DNA from: Trypanosoma brucei
Lineage: Eukaryota
Direction of reading: 5' to 3'
Length of the DNA stretch: 64,000 nt
Assembly (NCBI GenBank): GCA_000002445.1
Contig: CM000208.1
Coordinates: forward strand, 1,344,001 to 1,408,000
The position numbers and the translations under genes were made by a program. Below the pieces are notes generated by a model, which searched no databases, had not been told where the DNA came from, and saw nothing but the letters and a program-made list of their open reading frames with translations. Of the stretch, positions 21,767-31,865 are shown in pieces (positions within the stretch are counted from its first letter, which is position 1; the number at the start of each line of letters is the position of its first letter).

Positions 21767-22568
21767 CGGTAATATCGACTTTTGTATAAATATGAAATGA
21801 ATCGTATCGACATCTGCTCCCTTTTATTTTTTTCATACATGCATAATCCGGATAAATATTCCGTAACCTAGCTTTTAGGTGGTTATTGTCTTGTTTATCG
21901 TTCTTAATTATTTTTTTCGTGACAGCGTGTTGACGGACTAAAGCGCTTGCGTACGTCTGCCGTTGCAACTGTTCAAACTAGGACTATTGTCCCTCTTTGT
22001 GATAAATACACCGGTACGTGAGAAAAAACAAAAAAAGAGGAGGGGCTTGGGGCGGTTGTGAGATGGTAAATTTGCCAGCAGTCGTTTGGCAACAATTATT
22101 TTACCATGATGTAAATCTTTACGTCCTCACTTGCCTCTTCATCTATGTTTTGGGTGCGCGCTGTGTGTTTGTGCGCGTACGTGGCACCACAACCCTCGGT
22201 TTGAGATACTCACATTGTTTTCTACTCTTTGTTGGTATATTTGCGTACATATTCTGGTTTCTTTTTTTTTTCCTCTTCGCCTCCCACGTACGTGGATGTG
22301 CGTGTTACATGCTGAGCGCGCGTTTCATATCCTCTTCAACCACTTTTTTATTTTTGTGCTGCAGCAAGGTAAAGCACACGGGGCAACTAAGGAGGGAAAG
22401 TTGGGAAAGGCAACTGTTGTGAGCATAAGAGGGAGAACGGGCAGGGCCAGCACAAGTTCACCGACCCTTCACAGTTTCTCCCACCATTGCATCGATTTAC
22501 CGTAGATTTAAGAGTGGATTATCAATTAATAAAAGGCAGGACGGGAAATATTTCATTAGACGTATTAC

Positions 22569-23414
22569 ATGGCACAGTCTTTGGTGTGGCGGTACTTGGG
22601 ACCGGAGGACACGCATCGGTGTCTCGATGCGCCTGATGTGCCTTCTGTTCGGAACCTGTTGGTTGAAATTGACGACGGAATGGATGGAAAGCTTATCAAC
22701 TGTCGCAACTACAATAAGGGGCAGCTGATGATTGTGCTAGACATGCTTGCGCATCTAATTGTGTTCACTAAAACATGTTCCATGTCGCTAGAGAAGGTTA
22801 GTACAATTGTGGGTATTATGCTGGAGTTGCACCGAGAGAGCATGTCGAATCAGTATACACGATCCCAATCGTATCACCGACTGCGTGAGCTGATGCTACT
22901 CCACAGTGTTCCCCGCCCACCGTTCTCATGTGGCATCTTTAGTGTGGCGGATGTACAGCATATAGACGAATATCTCTTATTGTCTTATTTCCGCCATTAC
23001 AAAATGTATGTGTACGCTTTCGTGCCTCAGCGTTTAGCGAATATTCACAGCGTTTCCGTCGGGCACAACCACTGTGTACCTCCTTTAGGACTCCCCGCCC
23101 TTACGACAGCGACGCCACGGGCAGAATGGATAGCGAAAGTGGAAGACACACACCGACAGATGGAGGAACGGCAGATGGAAGTGGAGGATGTGCGGTCTGC
23201 TGAATACGAGGAAGAATGGTTGAAACACCGCTACCTTAACGGCACGCACTACAGCGAGGGGTTGAGGGAACAGCTGCAGAGTATAAAGAGGGATGTTTCT
23301 GATAAAGCACTCAACCAACTGGATTTGATTGAGGCGCGTCTGGTGGAAATAGAGAAGAAGGTGGAGATAGTGCAGCAGCGACAGGATGGGAAGGGTGGTA
23401 AGCGAAAAAAATAG
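22569..23414 (+). CDS. Hypothetical protein, 281 aa, with a C-terminal coiled-coil / charged tail
   Basis: ATG at 22569. The C-terminus (EDTHRQMEERQMEVEDVRSAEYEEEWLKHRYL..LIEARLVEIEKKVEIVQQRQDGKGGKRKK) has heptad-like charge periodicity. Confidence 0.5.
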   Translation: MAQSLVWRYLGPEDTHRCLDAPDVPSVRNLLVEIDDGMDGKLINCRNYNKGQLMIVLDMLAHLIVFTKTCSMSLEKVSTIVGIMLELHRESMSNQYTRSQSYHRLRELMLLHSVPRPPFSCGIFSVADVQHIDEYLLLSYFRHYKMYVYAFVPQRLANIHSVSVGHNHCVPPLGLPALTTATPRAEWIAKVEDTHRQMEERQMEVEDVRSAEYEEEWLKHRYLNGTHYSEGLREQLQSIKRDVSDKALNQLDLIEARLVEIEKKVEIVQQRQDGKGGKRKK

Positions 23415-23838
23415 GGGTGCCGGCACCTGGTTTTCTCTTCCTCTTCTTCTCTTACTCACTTGTACGCACAGCATGGATAACCCAAAGTGCATGTGGTTCA
23501 TATCAAAGTATCCGGACCACAAAGGGATGGTTGTTGGTGTGTGGTGGTGCTATGTATAAAGTAGAAGGTTTTTTTGGTTGTTTATTTCATCTGTTTTGCT
23601 CGGATGGACAATCGTTGGATTCAACGTTGGCCCCGGGTGCTGGTAAAGCCAAGGTACAGTGTACACTGCGCAAGGAACCACGAACTTCAGTGTTCACTTA
23701 CCTCCCACCACATATTATGTTTTACTCCCCTCCTCTCCTCTCTTCCCCATTGTTATTAACCTTAATTTTCATGTGTTTTTTCTCTTAACTATTCAAATAT
23801 CATGAGGTACTGCTGGCAATTTGAAGTAAGGCATTACC

Positions 23839-25455
23839 ATGGAGCGCGGAGGGCGCTGCCTCTTCAGGAGGTGGAGTACCCGCGCATTGCCCTCCGTGTC
23901 TCACACACTACGATGTCGTGGAACAATTTCTAACTCAGGTGGGGAGGGAAATGATGCAATCGCTGAACCTCGTCGCGTGCGTCTGGTGCCGTCTGCACCT
24001 CATGGGAACAATTCTTCGGAGCTATTTTCTGTCGGTGTGGATCCCAGAAGTCATACATGTGATCCCGATGATCCATATTCCCACATCCAAATATACAGAA
24101 AGGACATGGTAGCGGACGCCGGTGGTCGAGCGTTTCAACTAAGTGTTGATGTTCCGTTGAAAAAATTTGTGGACCTCTTCAGTGATTTCGATGGAAAACG
24201 TTGTAAGCTCTGCAACGAAAGCTACATGCAGTGGCATAGTCATAGCAGTGTTATTCCCCACTCAGGGAGGGAGGCACTTATGCTTGAGATGGTCCGTGCA
24301 TACTGCGGCCTACCGGAGGATATTGCAAAAATGTGGTGGCATCGACTCAATACGTCGCCCGCGTTCAATCGCATCCCGAAACTGAGTCATGACAATAGTC
24401 ACACCAGAAAGCGCAGGTTACAGTACCTTCTGAAATTTCTGAAAGATAGGGACGTGATCCGCGACACATTCAACGTTCACAACAGCTCTGGAACTGCTGG
24501 TCGTTCGTGGGAATTCGAACGTCTCGAATGGATTGGGGATAATGTTGTGAAGTATGTGTTTAACGATCGGTTTAATGTCATATTTCCTGTGCGTGAGGGC
24601 GGTATTCGGGGCCGATTGGGGTACGCGCAATTTATGATAGATGGCAATGATGGCTTGGCACGCGCCTATGACTACTTGGAGCTTCAGAAGCTGACTCTAA
24701 GTGACCGGGTTGTGAGCAAATTCAAGAGCGATGTGGTGGAGACATTGTTTGGTGAACTTCAGCTTTATATTTGGTCTTCAGAGACGGACGCCGGCACTAC
24801 CTGTTACCCACTTCCATTTACTGGCGAGATGTTTTCCCTTCGTGCTCTCGTGTGGCACGTGATGGAGGAGTTGGCACATGTAATGTTTATGTATCACGTG
24901 GAACACGCGCTTGCGGCTATTCAGCGTGTTGTAAGGGAAAATCAACTGCAATTTATCCGTGCAGATCCTGCACTGCGCGGTCATGCGGACCTGCAGAGTG
25001 AGTTGGCAAACACGGTTTACGCTAAAAAAGCTGCGTCTGGGCCAAGCAAACTCACGTCGACAAAAGTGTCTCCTGGTGCCCGTTTCAGGGACGGTGGTGC
25101 CTCGTTTTACCACGAAGCATCGAACTATGATGGTTTCAAACGTGTGTGCACTCTTGGGGGTCTCCTGCCCCGACCATTTTCACCCCGTGAGTTGACGTCC
25201 ACAACGTCTTTTCTTCCTCATTTGCAGGAAGACAGTGCGATGACACGCCGAGTGCCTGTGGACTGGACACGTAAACTTTTTGACGATTGCACTGGCAACG
25301 CCACGAAGAAGCCCGGAGCCCCCAACTTTTTACCATGGCAGGCCGTCACGCTACAGCCCCGTTCCCGTTGTTCTGCAGAGGAGGCTGGACGGTCAACTTC
25401 ACGCCTGGGTATTCCTGAATTGAAGGACGCACTACTAGTGGCCGAATTAGTTTAG
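23839..25455 (+). CDS. KREN-type mitochondrial RNA-editing endonuclease (U1-like C2H2 zinc finger plus RNase III domain); by synteny with the NLP gene probably KREN2/KREPB2, with KREN3/KREPB3 as the alternative
   Basis: The N-terminus is Arg-rich (MERGGRCLFRRWSTRALPSVSHTLRCRG), consistent with mitochondrial import. A U1-like zinc finger is present (CKLCNESYMQWHSHSSVIPH, about 24203..24262). The RNase III signature is present (ERLEWIGDNVVKYVFNDRF, about 24517..24573; compare the canonical ERLEFLGDA). ZnF plus RNase III is the editosome endonuclease architecture. Confidence 0.7.
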   Translation: MERGGRCLFRRWSTRALPSVSHTLRCRGTISNSGGEGNDAIAEPRRVRLVPSAPHGNNSSELFSVGVDPRSHTCDPDDPYSHIQIYRKDMVADAGGRAFQLSVDVPLKKFVDLFSDFDGKRCKLCNESYMQWHSHSSVIPHSGREALMLEMVRAYCGLPEDIAKMWWHRLNTSPAFNRIPKLSHDNSHTRKRRLQYLLKFLKDRDVIRDTFNVHNSSGTAGRSWEFERLEWIGDNVVKYVFNDRFNVIFPVREGGIRGRLGYAQFMIDGNDGLARAYDYLELQKLTLSDRVVSKFKSDVVETLFGELQLYIWSSETDAGTTCYPLPFTGEMFSLRALVWHVMEELAHVMFMYHVEHALAAIQRVVRENQLQFIRADPALRGHADLQSELANTVYAKKAASGPSKLTSTKVSPGARFRDGGASFYHEASNYDGFKRVCTLGGLLPRPFSPRELTSTTSFLPHLQEDSAMTRRVPVDWTRKLFDDCTGNATKKPGAPNFLPWQAVTLQPRSRCSAEEAGRSTSRLGIPELKDALLVAELV

Positions 25456-25957
25456 TGATTACATTCCCTACTTTCCGGCTGGCAAAGTCTGCGTATGTGT
25501 GTGGTGAAGATAAGATGTTGTTTGTTTGAGCAAACTTTATACCGTGGTGCGGGAGATCACGACGCCTCGTGTTTATCGTTGCTACCGTTTGCACTCGTTT
25601 CCCTATGTGATTGGAGTCATGCAAGGCGTTTATCAACTGTCAAGTAAACACCACCTACGCCCAAAGCCCCCTTGATGTCCCCCCTTTCTTCTTTATGTTC
25701 ATGTGCCACCGGGTGTGCATCCATTTGCACGCGACGATTTCAAGACAACGGTAACAGTAGCAACAGCTTTATACACCAAAGTGAGAGAAGGTGCATTACA
25801 GGGAAAGGAAGGTAAGGAAACGTTTGATAGATTAATTAGGGCTGCGCGAGAGATTTATTTTTGTCATTTAGCGAGTGCTGAATCCGTGGTACAACTTTGA
25901 TCGTCCAGAGGGAAGTACCAGGCGGATAAATATACGTTTCTTAAATTTTGGTATTAT

Positions 25958-28831
25958 ATGTCACAGAAAGAGGAGAATAGCGTCAACGGCGATGAGACCA
26001 ATACAACCCTGCCGCGTGCGGTGTTAAAGACGCGTACAGCGTCTCAGCTCTACAAAGAAGGGGGGAGCGTAGGCACCATGGCGTCGTTTAACTCATTGCC
26101 GCAGGTTGAACAGCTGTTATTCAAGGTACAGGCAGCAGAAATGACCCTTCTCGCAGCACTTGATGTTGCTGAACGAAGTCCTGAAGATAAGAAAATATTT
26201 GGCCATGCCACACTTACCATGGCAGAGAACTACCTCTCGGAAATTATTTCCATCATTCCACACTGCAGTCGCTCGACTGACGCACCCCACCTTTCTATCA
26301 ACAGTTCCGCGATTCAGCGGCTCATTGCGTTGTATGGGGCGTCCGATGATGTCGTTAAGTTTGTCGCGCACCTTTCCACATCGCAGCCGAGAGTAGCTGA
26401 ATTATCTCCTCGTGACGTAACAACTGTAGTATACAACATTAGTGAGGTCGCTCGGCTGTTCAAGCAGTCTATGAAAGAGAGTGGAGAGCAGTGCGGTGTT
26501 TTCACCAAATCAACAACAAGCTTACAGCCTTCACCGATGAAGGAAAGTGAATCAGCCGTAGCTGATGAAGGGACTGTTCCTCCCGCACCAACGGCTGGCC
26601 GGAAACGAGGCCGACCTTCGCGGAATAAGTCTTCGGATACACCAGCGGAGCCTGGAGCTGAAGGTTCTCCTGAACACGGGACTTTCACGGGGGAGGGTGG
26701 CGCGGCGGCAAAGGATAAGAGGAAAAAATCTGAGGAGACTTCTTCTCGGAAACCGAAAAGTAACGAAGGAACACCGAGCGGTCCAAGAAAAATAAGTTAT
26801 TGTCGCCTACGTGCGCTGACAACCGCGGAAAAGAGAGTCACCACCAGTCTCAACCAGATAGTCCAGCTTCTGGGACATTTATATGCTCACCAATACAACG
26901 ATTTGTTGCCAGTGTTTGGATTTCTTGAGGCACGGGTGAAACAACTGCAAGAAACCATTGATGTGGAGCGTGCTGCCTTTGCAAAGAAAGATATCGCAAC
27001 GAGATCCCCAGAGCCTTTCATTGGGGTTTCAGTGCAGTCCATCATAGCTGCAATCCGATCTTCTCTTCACACTTACTCAACGGAGGAATGGTGTCGGCAA
27101 GAATTCGATGAGGACCTGCTTCACCCCGTAGCTCATGCGTGCATGACAGAGGTAAACCGCATTGAGGGTTTCGCAACCGAGCCTTTTGTAGGAATTACTG
27201 CTGAAGCACTAGCTGCAAAAATCGCCACTCGGAAGGCTGCACGCATCAAACTGGAGGAAAAGTGGGAGAAAGAGCGGGAACGTGCGAGGGAGAAGGAGGA
27301 GGCACAGGTTAAATACAACGAAGAACGACGTTGGCTGCGAGCGCGGTTTGGTGATATAGACAAGGCGAGCCTTGTAGAAGACACTTCTATAGATAATCCT
27401 GCTGTGTCTGCTCCTGTGTACTACAGCGATCTCCCGTTGCAAGATGTGGAATTGTATGAGCGGGCACTTTTTGTTTGGACGATGCTTGTGTCCGTTCCTC
27501 AAGCTTTGCGTCTTTCACAGATGCCCTTCAATATATTTCTGAAATCTGTTACCACGGGAGTTGGTGGAACTGATACACTGATTGAGGAAATTGTGAAGTC
27601 TTTGTTAGAGGTGCTAGTGGAAAACCTCCGTGCGGGCAACGGCTCACGAATCAACATCAAGGGAAAGTATTGGTTTGACGCCATGGTGGAGTTCGTTGCA
27701 GTGACAAGTGGAAACCGGAGGAAGCGGGATAACAAGCAGAAAAAGGACATCAAGGAGGAAGAAGAAGAGGAGGAGGAGGAAGAAGAGGAAGGGGAAGAAA
27801 CGGAGGATGAGACAGTTGAGGAACAGGAGGAGGATGAAGAAGAGGCGCAGGAAAAAATAGAGGGCAGTACTGACACAGAAAAAACCGGTAACGACCGAGA
27901 ACCCCAGAACTCTGAGGACTTGAAGCAAGATGTGGAAGAGGAAAAAAGTAAGGAAGAGAATGAAGGCGAAAATCTCGCCAACATGATCAGGGGGACCATG
28001 GAAAACGTGGCTGAGCTCCGCAACATGGCGACGTGGTTTAACATAAACTTACCTGATCGTCTCAACCTCCTGTATTACTTGGTGTTAGAAGCGCTGCATA
28101 CTCCCGTGGTGCAGGGCGAAGCCGAAAAGATGCGGAAAAGGTACGAGGAGCAACAGTTGCTCGTCGGAAAGTGCATCAAGGAAGTTTGTGAGGAGGCATG
28201 TAAAGAGTTCAAGGGCCTTGCCAGGAAACTAGCGGTGTCGAAATCTGAAGACGAGGAGCAGTCTGTCGAAGAGAAACGGAAAGAAATTCTGCAGGAGTGC
28301 AGTAACCGCCTCAAAAGTACTGTCGAGGAACAAATAGGGGTACAAGACGGTAAGGATGTTGGTACTATAATCCGTCCCATAGGCATGGACCGCTACAAGA
28401 GAGTGTACTGGCGTTTGCCATTTGATCGCCACATTACGGTTCAAAGTACACAGGCCACAAACTTGGATTTCCCAGCTCTGCGTGGTGTTACGTATTTGGC
28501 GGAGCGCACCTCCCACAGTTTCGCTGGAAACTTGCTTGATGACGATGATTGTGAAACAGGCGTGCAGGTGGGGAGCACCGAAAGCGCTAGTGCCCAGGGC
28601 AGTGCCAATGATCAGATACCTCAGAAGGTTTGGGGAACTGTGCCACTAACCTGCCTGGGTACTTTTATAGAAGGTTTGGATAGGCGTGGCGTTCGTGAAG
28701 GGGAGCTCAGGCGGAACCTGGAGATTTTGCAGCCGTACCTAGCAAGCATGAGCGAAATAACTGGGGGACGCATCACAAGATTCAGGTCTCAGACCTTCGG
28801 TTATCAGAACAAGCTAAGGCTCGAGTTGTGA
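25958..28831 (+). CDS. NLP: Chromatin protein with an AT-hook, a DDT-like domain, a poly-acidic tract and a WHIM/WSD motif. It is consistent with the T. brucei nucleoplasmin-like protein NLP, an ISWI-complex partner.
   Basis: AT-hook GRKRGRPSR (about 26596..26625). DDT-like helix LFVWTMLVSVPQALRLSQMPFNIFLKSV (about 27467..27550). E/D-rich run EEEEEEEEEEEEGEETEDETVEEQEEDEEE (27754..27855). WHIM-like GMDRYKRVYWRLPFDRHI (28381..28440). At 957 aa (about 106 kDa) it fits the reported size of NLP. I assigned it from memory. Confidence 0.65.
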   Translation: MSQKEENSVNGDETNTTLPRAVLKTRTASQLYKEGGSVGTMASFNSLPQVEQLLFKVQAAEMTLLAALDVAERSPEDKKIFGHATLTMAENYLSEIISIIPHCSRSTDAPHLSINSSAIQRLIALYGASDDVVKFVAHLSTSQPRVAELSPRDVTTVVYNISEVARLFKQSMKESGEQCGVFTKSTTSLQPSPMKESESAVADEGTVPPAPTAGRKRGRPSRNKSSDTPAEPGAEGSPEHGTFTGEGGAAAKDKRKKSEETSSRKPKSNEGTPSGPRKISYCRLRALTTAEKRVTTSLNQIVQLLGHLYAHQYNDLLPVFGFLEARVKQLQETIDVERAAFAKKDIATRSPEPFIGVSVQSIIAAIRSSLHTYSTEEWCRQEFDEDLLHPVAHACMTEVNRIEGFATEPFVGITAEALAAKIATRKAARIKLEEKWEKERERAREKEEAQVKYNEERRWLRARFGDIDKASLVEDTSIDNPAVSAPVYYSDLPLQDVELYERALFVWTMLVSVPQALRLSQMPFNIFLKSVTTGVGGTDTLIEEIVKSLLEVLVENLRAGNGSRINIKGKYWFDAMVEFVAVTSGNRRKRDNKQKKDIKEEEEEEEEEEEEGEETEDETVEEQEEDEEEAQEKIEGSTDTEKTGNDREPQNSEDLKQDVEEEKSKEENEGENLANMIRGTMENVAELRNMATWFNINLPDRLNLLYYLVLEALHTPVVQGEAEKMRKRYEEQQLLVGKCIKEVCEEACKEFKGLARKLAVSKSEDEEQSVEEKRKEILQECSNRLKSTVEEQIGVQDGKDVGTIIRPIGMDRYKRVYWRLPFDRHITVQSTQATNLDFPALRGVTYLAERTSHSFAGNLLDDDDCETGVQVGSTESASAQGSANDQIPQKVWGTVPLTCLGTFIEGLDRRGVREGELRRNLEILQPYLASMSEITGGRITRFRSQTFGYQNKLRLEL
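27754..27855 (+). repeat. GAG/GAA (poly-Glu) coding microsatellite inside the NLP-like gene
   Basis: gaggaagaagaagaggaggaggaggaagaagaggaagg... Confidence 0.8.
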
Positions 28832-29724
28832 GTTCGTTAGTTTTTTTTTTCGCTTCTCTGTAATTAATTTTTTTTTTTTGTACAACGAATTTTCGCTTAA
28901 TATTTTATGGTTTGGGTGTTAGGAAACCTTCAATTTATCCTTCTCTCCATATACATACGTTTGCACGTAATTGTCTCTGCGCGTTTCTTATTTATTTGGA
29001 GTCATTTCTTCAGCGGACGGTTCAACTTTTCCGCAGCTTGGGGTATGTCGCAATGTTCTTATCGATTTGCTTTTTGGCGGGGACTGAGATCCGCAGGGGA
29101 AAGTTATTGATGAGAAGCATGCGGTACATGACGAGGCGAGAGTTAAATGACAAGAGATAAAAGAAGGTAATAGGCAATTAATAATGGTGAGGACGATGAG
29201 GCCACCGCCTTCTGCCCAAGTATCGTGGCACAACTCTTTCTTTTCTTCTTAAATAATTCTTCTTCAGCCTTATCTTTCACCCATGGAAGTGATTCCCTAT
29301 TTTCTTCACCTCCAACTTACCGTGGTTGGGACAACTCCCGGTGTGTGCGTGAAGGGAAGAAAATGTTGGAATGACTATGGGATACTGGATACATAAGGCA
29401 GAGAGACAATCAGTGCACTGGATACAGAGTAACGCTCTCGCTCTTTTGCTCCCTGTGACTGAAATGGGCAGAAGAACCTGCGACTAAGTTTATGCATGTG
29501 TGCGCACCATTTTTTTTTTTTCGTATTGATTTGCTTGGTGAGTCCATTTGTTCTCTTCTTTGCACTACCTAAGGGGTATTTCCCCTTCCTTCTTCCCACT
29601 TCCTGCACAAACGTACGGCAATCTTTCTGTTTGTGTTGAGCACTTCCGCTTCAGCAGGCACTTGCATTCTCATTCATTGTTTTTTCTTCCTTCGTATTTT
29701 GGTTTGCTTAACAGTTCGAAGACC

Positions 29725-30102
29725 ATGCGGACGATTGACTGCGAGTTCTCGCACTTCGCTGTACATCCGGGCCATGGCCGCCGCTACGTCCCGTTTGCCT
29801 TCTTATCAACGAAGCCTGTGCTGACATTTGCGCGCCCGAAGTGTTTCGCGATGTACATGCGCAAAAAGAACCCACGCTTTATTGCCTGGACCCGCACGTA
29901 CCGCCGCATTCATCGGAAGACGACGACCGACCGCGTGGGCCGCCGCCGTGCCGCCCGCACAGTGAGGACAGAGCGCGCCATCGTCGGTGCTGAGCTCTCC
30001 TACATTCAAGAAGTGCGAGCAAAGGCGAAGAAGGTTGACCGTACCGCCAAGGGCAAAGCCGTGCGTGAGGAGATGGCTGCTCGTAAGGCAGCGAAGAAAT
30101 AG
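29725..30102 (+). CDS. RPL24: 60S ribosomal protein L24 (eL24), copy 1
   Basis: 125 aa starting MRTIDCEFSHFAVHPGHGRRY. The eL24 / TRASH-type signature is present (C.F....I.PGHG; KKNPRFIAWTRTYRRIHRK compared with human KRNPRQINWTVLYRRKHKK). The ORF track begins upstream, and I moved the start to the eL24 N-terminal ATG. Confidence 0.85.
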   Translation: MRTIDCEFSHFAVHPGHGRRYVPFAFLSTKPVLTFARPKCFAMYMRKKNPRFIAWTRTYRRIHRKTTTDRVGRRRAARTVRTERAIVGAELSYIQEVRAKAKKVDRTAKGKAVREEMAARKAAKK

Positions 30103-30428
30103 AGGCGGTGAAATACACTTGATCTGCAAAACTCTAACACCCAATGGTCTGTGGGCAAACAGCTTTTTAACCGTTTAGTTTTCTTTTTGTTTTAAAAATT
30201 GGATGCATATGGCAAGGTGGGTGTTGGTTACCCCAACGACCGCCACGTTAACAGGTGATCCAAGGGTTCAACGGCGGATCTTTTTTTGTTGACTGTTATT
30301 CTTTGTGCCTTTCTTCTTCGCATGCTTTATTACTCTAATGAATTTGTATTCATTTTTTCTTTCCCTACCTTTACACCTTCATTATACGTGCCACCCTACG
30401 GCAACCAACTGTCGTTAACGTCCATTAT

Positions 30429-31865
30429 ATGATATCTTACAAGCGGCGAAACATGTTCCTTGCAGATGGTAGACGAGTTTTGGTTGGAAACTTTATTATG
30501 TCCATTTCCACTATAATAGTTACCTTTTATCTCACGCAGGGGCACTTACAGGTGGGTCAGTGGCGCCTCCTGGATGACATCTCTCCGCGGTTGTCAGAGG
30601 CTGCGCGGAAGATTGGAATGCTTGAGGTTGAGTTGCCATATCCTTTCAACCACGTTAGCGCCGTTGTCGCCAGTCCAACAGGTATAGCAGACGCTGGTCA
30701 TAAGGTTATGCGTTTTTTTGGTACAAATTTGCGTTCCAACATCATAACGGAAAAAGTGAATGGGGAAGCAGCAAACTTGCTTGCTACTGGTTTTAGCAGT
30801 GAAAGTACAATATTGGCTCACCTGCTGTCGCCTAAGGCTGATGGACCCCTCGGAATAATGGGAATACTTCATCTGTGCTCGGCCACCAGCTGCATGGCCC
30901 CTTATTTCACACAACAATATGCAACTGTAACGGTACGGCCTTCAGGAAATTATCGCCTATTCGTAGGTGCACTTGTTTACGGAGACGTCTTCTTGGGTTC
31001 GGTCGTTGAGAATGACCTTGCCGCTCTTGATGTTGTGCTGCCTCGTGCCTCCAGGGGGAGGGAAGCAACAGGAGCTATGCCACTCCACGGCGTTGTTGGC
31101 GGGAGCTATGCGGGGAAGAGCGTGACTGTTAAGTGTTCGGTCTCAATCAATAGTTGTCAGTATGAGTTTCGAGACGATGACACTGACGCATCACATCCTT
31201 CAGTCACCGTCGTTCACCTGGATGACGTAAAGTTGGGCGAGGCCGAGCTCCCTGTGATGGGGTTTCGTGTGGTTCACATTGATCTTAATTCTGAAGAACA
31301 ACTTGCGATCGTGACTTATCTCACGGGTTTGTTGCACGTGTCCGCGAGGCCTGAGCATATCATTGTTACGCTCTACCCCTCACCCTTTCTCGAAGAGACT
31401 ATAACGGCTGTGGACGTTTTGAGAGTAAGTGTGCCTTACAATGTTTTTATCGAGGGCGGCAGGTGCAGGTTAACGACAAATTCATCAACTGTGCCCTCCG
31501 CTGAAGTTCTGCGCCTCGTTTTGCGTCGGGCAGGTACCTCAGCGTCATCTGCCCTCAACACTCGGAGCTACGCGGCCGAACCATTATGTGTCCTAGTACT
31601 GTCAAAGTCAATCACGTCGTTGTCACAACTGTTGGAGCATGTTGCACCGACCAAGCAGGAAGACGTTATGAAAACATTCCTGGGTACAAGCTTGGATCAG
31701 GGCAGTCACAGAGGAGTACCATGCAGAGGGAAACACAGCAAACCAAATGCTTTCAAATGGATCTTGCTAATAACAGTGCCGCTGCTGGTTGCTGGACTGC
31801 TCGCTTGCGGCATGCTTTATGGGAGAAGGCGTGTGCCGTTGTTGTGGGAGGACAAAAGACCATAA
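30429..31865 (+). CDS. Hypothetical type-I-like membrane protein (N-terminal signal-anchor, about 400-aa lumenal/extracellular domain, one C-terminal TM, short basic tail)
   Basis: N-terminal hydrophobic segment FIMSISTIIVTFYLTQ. C-terminal TM WILLITVPLLVAGLLACGMLYG followed by RRRVPLLWEDKRP. It lies between the two RPL24 copies. Confidence 0.5.
   Translation: MISYKRRNMFLADGRRVLVGNFIMSISTIIVTFYLTQGHLQVGQWRLLDDISPRLSEAARKIGMLEVELPYPFNHVSAVVASPTGIADAGHKVMRFFGTNLRSNIITEKVNGEAANLLATGFSSESTILAHLLSPKADGPLGIMGILHLCSATSCMAPYFTQQYATVTVRPSGNYRLFVGALVYGDVFLGSVVENDLAALDVVLPRASRGREATGAMPLHGVVGGSYAGKSVTVKCSVSINSCQYEFRDDDTDASHPSVTVVHLDDVKLGEAELPVMGFRVVHIDLNSEEQLAIVTYLTGLLHVSARPEHIIVTLYPSPFLEETITAVDVLRVSVPYNVFIEGGRCRLTTNSSTVPSAEVLRLVLRRAGTSASSALNTRSYAAEPLCVLVLSKSITSLSQLLEHVAPTKQEDVMKTFLGTSLDQGSHRGVPCRGKHSKPNAFKWILLITVPLLVAGLLACGMLYGRRRVPLLWEDKRP

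Noticed and set aside
27499-28065. 188-aa minus-strand Ser-rich ORF inside the NLP-like gene
   Set aside because: It is an antisense reading of the GAG/GAA poly-acidic coding repeat (giving poly-Ser/Leu). It is a compositional artefact.
30241-30270. tRNA-like fragment ('gggttcaacggcggatcttttttt')
   Set aside because: It lacks a GTTCGAATC-type T-loop, acceptor-stem complementarity and upstream cloverleaf elements. It is just UTR sequence followed by a T-run.
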